A stretch of DNA of 63,445 nucleotides, filler included, from Sphacelaria rigidula (Eukaryota): assembly GCA_964200075.2 (NCBI GenBank). It is 6 parts of 6 records of this genome, joined end to end, with 100 filler letters (N's around TTAATTAATTAA, not from the genome) between each part and the next. Parts side by side here need not be neighbours in the genome. Positions count along the whole stretch, not along the records: positions 52,956 to 63,445 come from CAXNAA020006406.1; 5 more parts are not named here. One strand, 5' to 3'. The position numbers and the translations under genes were made by a program. The first letter of the stretch is position 1. Every line of letters starts with the position of its first letter. This document shows positions 57,801 to 63,445 of the stretch, one piece after another. A model generated the notes under the pieces. That model was given only the letters and a program-made list of their open reading frames with translations. It searched no databases and was not told the DNA's origin.

Positions 57801-58760
57801 TTAGCCGAGGTCGAAAAGTTTCGAAATGCGTCACCATGACTTCCCTCGTGCTTGGCCCCTCGCGCACCTCCAGCGCCTGCTTTTGGTAGTTGTACCTACA
57901 GGGGAGCGCATTGACAAATTTGAGGAGGGTTTGCCCCTCCGTCAGGATGATGTTGGTGTCGTATGATTGCAACTCTCTCGCCACCTCTTCCATCTCGATT
58001 AACTTTTGGACCGGATCATCGCGAACTCCAATCTTCACGTGATCATACTTTTCCAAAAGTGTTAACCTAGCCCCGTTGGTCTTGGGGCTGTACAATTCAT
58101 TCAACTCACACCACACAGCTGCAGGATATGGAATTCGGAACAGAATATTCCGGTCCCGCTTGTGTTCGAGGCTGGCCCCCAACATCTGCCTCGCTCTGAT
58201 GTCTGCGGTTACAGTGCCCTTTCCGTGCCTTGCGTCAAGATCACTCACGGACACTGCCTTTTTCCCCACCTCCACATCGTACGCAGTCTTCCGATATGGT
58301 GAACACCCAGTCACTTGCTTCACTTCTAGCAAACATTATGAGCTCGTGGATGAAGTGGTTGGACTCTGAACTTTTTCCAGAGAACTTGGGTACAGTGGGC
58401 TTGAAAACCGGCACCCCAAAAACATTTTGGACACTTGGTTTATTATGACCGAACACTGCGACAGACTCACTTGCGGGGTCTGCACCCTTTTTGCTCCGTC
58501 GCTTGCTGTCCTGTGGTCGCTCCCGCTCGGAGCTCCCTGCTCGCCCTTGCGGCTACGTCTTCGACCTTGACGTGTGCTGTGGTTGGCTGAGCTGTCAGTC
58601 TGGTGTGGTTGTGTTGCTTGGCGTTCTTCGCTTTCGATGACGCCACTCCACCGCGCCCCCCCGGACTCTTGATCTTCTATGCTGTCTACTCGACCCTGTA
58701 GTACAGTTTGCTTAGACTGTAAGTCTCTAACTAGATCGATCAATGTGCTGAATTGATCAT
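54854..58760 (-). pseudogene. Copia gag-pol pseudogene (gag, integrase C-terminus, RT, RNase H; protease and integrase core apparently deleted)
   Basis: Gag VPKFSGK / AVWCELNELYSPK; integrase tail GY...RIITTRHVTW; RT KWVFSWK..KAKARLVARGF, KSLHGVKQAGRQW, VHVDDIL; RNase H YCDADYA, LSTTEAEY, RSKHIDV, QHADTLTK. Many frameshifts. Confidence 0.92.
55085..55334. mobile_element. 250-bp MITE, GACT..TGCCGAGATAGCCCCCCC TIRs, 4-bp TSD CCTC
   Basis: TSD at 55081-55084 and 55335-55338. Removal restores RNase H VLYE-GNEGAKALA. Confidence 0.92.
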
Positions 58761-58829
58761 TGAACCCATAATTGATCACTAGCGTATTTCTTGGCTCAGG
58801 CACGGGGTAATGGCTTTATATATCTTCTA

Positions 58830-60356
58830 CTACCTCTGGGCCGATTTATAAGCAAGGTTCGGACCAAAAGCGCTCTCTAACTCGGGCATATGAAGGTTTT
58901 TTTCCGAACCGTTTTTTTTGTTGTTTTTGGACCGCCGCTGCGGAACGCACAGAACCGCTGTCTTTTAGAGGTCGCACCGAAAAAGTTCATCATATCCCAG
59001 CAAAAGTTGCTCGAAATCAACACCCCAACTTTGGACCACCGCCCAAAAGCCTTCCCATCTGCTGGTGAGACATGTCTGCTGCTGAGAACGCCTCTCAGGG
59101 GCAAAAACGCAAGAATTTTAATGATCCAGAGAGAGAAGAAGTCATTGGGTACCTATTGACGCGCAGCGTCGATGGAGTTCTGAAGCGTGGTGCGTACAAG
59201 AACACCGCGGCGGAGTTCGGCTGCCACTGGGAGACAGTTAGTTGAGAGAGTGTGGTTGAAATACGAGGAGGAGACCGCAGCAGGTGTCGCCCATCCTAAC
59301 CTGCAATCCGGACGCAAGGGGAAAAGTGGTAGGAAGGGGATCAGAATGGAAGAGTTGCGTACCCGTCTGCGTGACATCCCACTGAACGAGCGTACCACAC
59401 AGCGCCGCTTGGCTGCGCCGCTCGGTGTTGCTAGGACTACGCTCCGGGATAACCTCAAGACGCTTAGATTGAGAGCACACTCGAACGCGCCACACCTAAG
59501 GATGGTGGAGACAACACCTACAAACTGCCACACCTAAGGAAGGACGCTCGGGCATGCGCTGGGACCCCGATCCCCCGGCGATTCTCTATTTCCGAGGAGG
59601 CGTGGACGAAAGGGACGGTGGCACTCGCGGCGGCAAAGGGACAAGGGGCGGCAGCAGCGGGGTAAGGAGCGGCGGCGGGGGGACTCGGGGCGGCGGCAGC
59701 GGGGGCGGCTGCCGTGTAGCATGGGGTTAGGGCGGCGTAGAGGCAGTGGCTGCTGCGTATGGGGCGAGTGCGGCGGGGCAAGGGGCGACTACTGCGCCGT
59801 AGAAGGTCGTATGCTGTGTAGGGGGGCGGCTGCCGTATAGAGTTGACTGATTGAGACCTGAAGGGGGCGGCTGCTGCGTCGAAGGGTTGGCTGAGTTGTA
59901 GAAAATCGGCTGCTCTGTAGACCGGGCGACTACTGCGTAGAACCAGCTGGTGGCGGGGGGGGGAAGTGGGTCAACCTTAGGTCTACGGTGCCCCAAACCG
60001 GGGATGATAATGAAATATCCCCCCCTTTTCGAGAGGGGACTCTTTCTTTTTTTGCACCAAATGTCGTGCCCCACTCATACGGGGTATTCCGGGTTGTGCA
60101 ACCTGTGACGGGGCTTGTTTATCCGTCGCTGGGTACAAAAAAGCTAGATCTCTACCGAAATGACTGACCAGAGGATTTTTCGGCACAATCCCTCCCCCAA
60201 CCTCATCGATATTTTTTTTTCAATGTGGTACCTGATCGTATGCAAATGTTGCTCGATGTCCCACAGTGCCCAGACGACCCGTTTTGGGCCATATCATACC
60301 AACCTTGCTTATATTCCGTTTTTCCGAATCTTGCTTATAAACCCGCCCAGAGGGAG
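58830..60356 (+). mobile_element. Internally deleted Tc1/mariner element (CTCCCTC termini, plant-type DD39D/Stowaway-like), TA TSD
   Basis: TIRs CT(A/C)CCTCTGGGC.G.TTTATAAGCAAG.TTCGGA, with TA at 58828-58829 and 60357-60358. Removal restores the LTR sequence seen at 53875-53895. Confidence 0.92.
59120..59535 (+). pseudogene. Mariner transposase N-terminal DNA-binding remnant
   Basis: GVLKRGAYKNTAAEFGCHWETV / RVWLKY...RKGKSGRK...DIPLNERTTQRRLAAPLGVARTTL...LRAHSNA. Frameshifted, and the catalytic domain is absent. Confidence 0.82.
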
Positions 60357-63300
60357 TATTAAAGAGCACCCAAGTTCTAATGTGACTTGGGAGAGTGCTG
60401 AAGAAGAGGGGAGCTGATGGGAGTGGGGACCGGTGCGAGCGGCTCGTGCGCCCCCGTCATCCGTACTGTACCACATTTGCACACACTTGACTGTCGGTAC
60501 TCGTACGTCACCCCGATCACTTGTTCAACGAAGATCCAGCATTACTGGGTATCTGAATCACTCGAATACAGTGTTCCTAAGGATAGTGCAGGATGGACCG
60601 CGTAAGATGTGACCGCTGTCTTCGTGGTTCGGGTGTGGGCAGCAGGAGCAGTAGCAGCTCCTCCTGCACCATTGCTGGAAAGCGGCCGCAGAAAGGCGCC
60701 TACTGCTGACGACGCCGTGGCAATCGTCATATTGCGCAGACGATAAAGCATGATTTGTTGTTCCGGGTGTATAAAAAAGGCGATTTCTCTCACGTACACG
60801 CCGTCTGTAACCAATGTGTGTGCCGGGGTTTCGGCACGAAAGGAGAGGCTCTCGGATACGACACAAAAATACACATAATGAGCAAAACCCCGCAGAACGA
60901 GTAAAGAAGTGAAGAAGTGAAATCATCGACATATCCATCATACACGGTGGAAATTCCGACAACATCCGACAGATGTTCGGTGGGTTTGTTTGCGCATGAC
61001 AGGCTCTACGAAGCTCGCATCTCAGTGTCCCGCACTCTCATTGTGCTTGCTGACTTACGACAGAGCAGTCGTTTATTGGGGTCTCACAAACGGCGCCTAC
61101 TGATTGTCAAGTTAAATGGCTGCTCCATGTTTGGCAACATGCTGCAAGAAACACCGGACCCTTGTGGGTTGCTCCTGCTGTGTCCCGATAAACACGTCAA
61201 GCGATCAAAGTCATCGCGATTGATGCATTGTGTAGCTGATTCTATACATACATCCAGTAAGGAGAGGAGGTACCAGTACAGCCGTTAAGGGAATGCACGC
61301 TTCCCAGGTCATGGTACCGCGGTGTACAGCAATGACTATGCATGTTACAAGCTGGTTCAGATTGAATACCCAAAATGTATTCCCCGGCTAATGACGAACG
61401 CAATACCCAGCCAATATGCACAAATGTGGTATCATACTGACCGCAATGAACAGACGNNNNNNNNNNGTCCCGACCAATAAGCGCTTTTCAAACTGTTCCG
61501 AAATTGAAAACACGAATTCCAAGTCCAATTTCCACCGAATCTCCACATGGTTCAAATCGTACTAACCGTCATCAGCTTGGGAATCTATCGGGAGAAACAA
61601 ATTTGAAAACGGCTCCAACGGGGTCGGATTTTGCCCAAAACCGTAATGTTTCGGTGATGTGGAGCTTTGGCGTCGTCTAATTTCCACTCATGATACGTAC
61701 GAAAGACCCACGGAGCCTCGAGACGATTTCCCTTTATCTGCTGTAGAAAAGCTCAGATCACCCTCAAACTTAACAGTTCCGAAGGTATTGATAATCCAAA
61801 TGGAAAAATTATATTCTCGGCAAGATTTCAAAGCTTCTCTGTTCTCTACCGGCTTTCGGGGGTCCCATCATGAAGACCACAGGAAATCGGTACAGAATGC
61901 CCCAACATAAAAATGACATTCTAGGGTTAGGTGGTATCCCAAGGAACATGTGAACCAATTTTGGTTGCTCAACTCGGAAAACTGAATCGGCTGGGTCTTC
62001 TACCGTAAAAACAACCCCCCAAAAGGGCGATTGTGTACTTTAATCAAGCAATTACAGACTTTTTTATGCTTCTTCAGCGCACGTTTTGGCATTTCCTCAC
62101 GCCGTTTTCTCGAGTTAGACCGCGAAACTTTGTACACATGTTCTGGAGGGCACTATCTGAAACTCGAAGACCGGAGTTTTTGATTTTTTTTTCGGTTGTG
62201 ACTTTTTATCCAAGGTCGCGGTTGACCTATTTGACCGGGGGTGGGATCAGATCCCGACTATCTCGACACCAACAAAAAAAAAAACACGCTGGGGAACGAA
62301 TTTTGGGCGTTTAATCTGAACCAGCTCGTATGTGTATTGTGGTTGTACCCTGCTGTGTTCGGGCTACCAGTATTTTAGATTTCAAACGCGAGAGACTAAC
62401 CAGAACCCACTGCGCGGATGGTGTGGGGACAGCGAGGGACAGGCTAATCCGTGAAGCCTGTGTAGAGCACCGCTCGTCAAATTGCTGCGGGTATGTTCAT
62501 TGATTGCGTACGCTGCGCACTTGACCGGTTCAACTGTAACAACGTTGTTGAAAGTTACCGCGGCAGTGGAACCTCACAGGGGGAGTGATTCACGTGGCAT
62601 CTCAAGTGCATCGCTTTTCACGTGCAGCACAGGATCCAGGATCCTTCAGTGCCGTCTATTCGTGGAGTTGTGCATGCTTTTCCCAATACTGTACCCGAAG
62701 AAAAGTTATCTCCTGCGAAAATAGGACCAAGAACAACAGTGAAAAGCAACACGCCCAAGTTCCCTCCTGCATCCGAGCTGCCACTCTGGCGTGCAACGCA
62801 CGCTCTGGTCGCACTTTCATCGCTTCACAATATGCTGGGATATGGAATGCGGCCTGGTGTCGGTACCCGATGGCAGCTTGGTACAACAATCGAGATATTC
62901 GAGTTCTCGCCCGATTGCGCTGAAAATTGGTGGACGTGTAGCTGGTATCAGGGCGACAACAACCACACGTTCTTATTTAGATTCTTATCTGTCGCCGTTC
63001 GGAAGTCATGGCCAAAACAAACGTTGGGGAGCATATGTACTTCTACAATCATGTGTGCGATTTGCACGCCCTTGGAAACCCACCTATCTGGGACTGTTGA
63101 CTCGAGGTCATCCCGCTCACGTTTGTATGCTTCTCGCACAGAAACAAACCACCTGCTGCTATGAATTCAAAGCTTTTACACTCCCTGCCCATGAGGCAGA
63201 GCATACGAGCCTCGGAGTAGAAAGAGCGCGGAAGAAGAGTGAGCGCGCGTGACACTCTACGCTAGCGGACGCGCTTGTTGATGCCTACCGTACATTTATT

Positions 63301-63371
63301 CAGACGGCATAAACTGAAGTAAGCCTCCCCCTTACAGGATACCGGTCACGTGCTAGGGTAATGAAACGAAC

Positions 63372-63445
63372 CACGGTTAGGACAAATCAGAATTCATACG
63401 AGCCGACTCGCCATGACGCGCAAGCAGTCATGCTGTATAAACCGC
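63372..63445. mobile_element. Left end of another CACGG-TIR element, truncated by the window end
   Basis: CACGGTTAGGACAAAT is identical to the reverse complement of 25495-25510. Confidence 0.6.

Larger units (their letters stand above)
53857..60570 (-). mobile_element. Degenerate Ty1/Copia LTR retrotransposon with both LTRs and three nested DNA elements
   Basis: 3' LTR about 53857-54094 with an adjacent G-run PPT (54094-54101); 5' LTR about 58774-58829 plus 60359-60570. A degenerate PBS-like ATTATGGGTTC precedes gag. Confidence 0.9.

Overview
This window is not one locus. It is six unrelated contigs of almost equal length (10492, 10492, 10491, 10490, 10490, 10490 bp), joined by 100-bp N spacers that carry the six-frame stop linker TTAATTAATTAA. 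Five contigs are repeat-rich eukaryotic DNA of about 50% GC with long-intron genes; a brown alga or other stramenopile is my inference. They contain decayed Ty3/Gypsy and Ty1/Copia LTR retrotransposons, two tRNA-derived SINE families, many non-autonomous TIR elements with readable target-site duplications (4 bp, 7-8 bp, TA) that are often nested, and an ~85-bp hairpin satellite. They also hold five in-phase exons of a divergent TOR-kinase-like N-terminal HEAT region and six exons of a DNAJC9-like J-protein. Contig 5 (42366-52855) is bacterial, high-GC and actinobacterial in gene content, probably a co-sequenced associate. It carries two convergent catabolic operons: enoyl-CoA hydratase, amidohydrolase, HAPMO-like Baeyer-Villiger monooxygenase, Rieske oxygenase and D-aminoacylase-like hydrolase on +; nitronate-monooxygenase-like protein, acyl-CoA dehydrogenase, AMACR/CaiB and LLM oxidoreductase on -. 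No CRISPR array, rRNA or intact tRNA was found.
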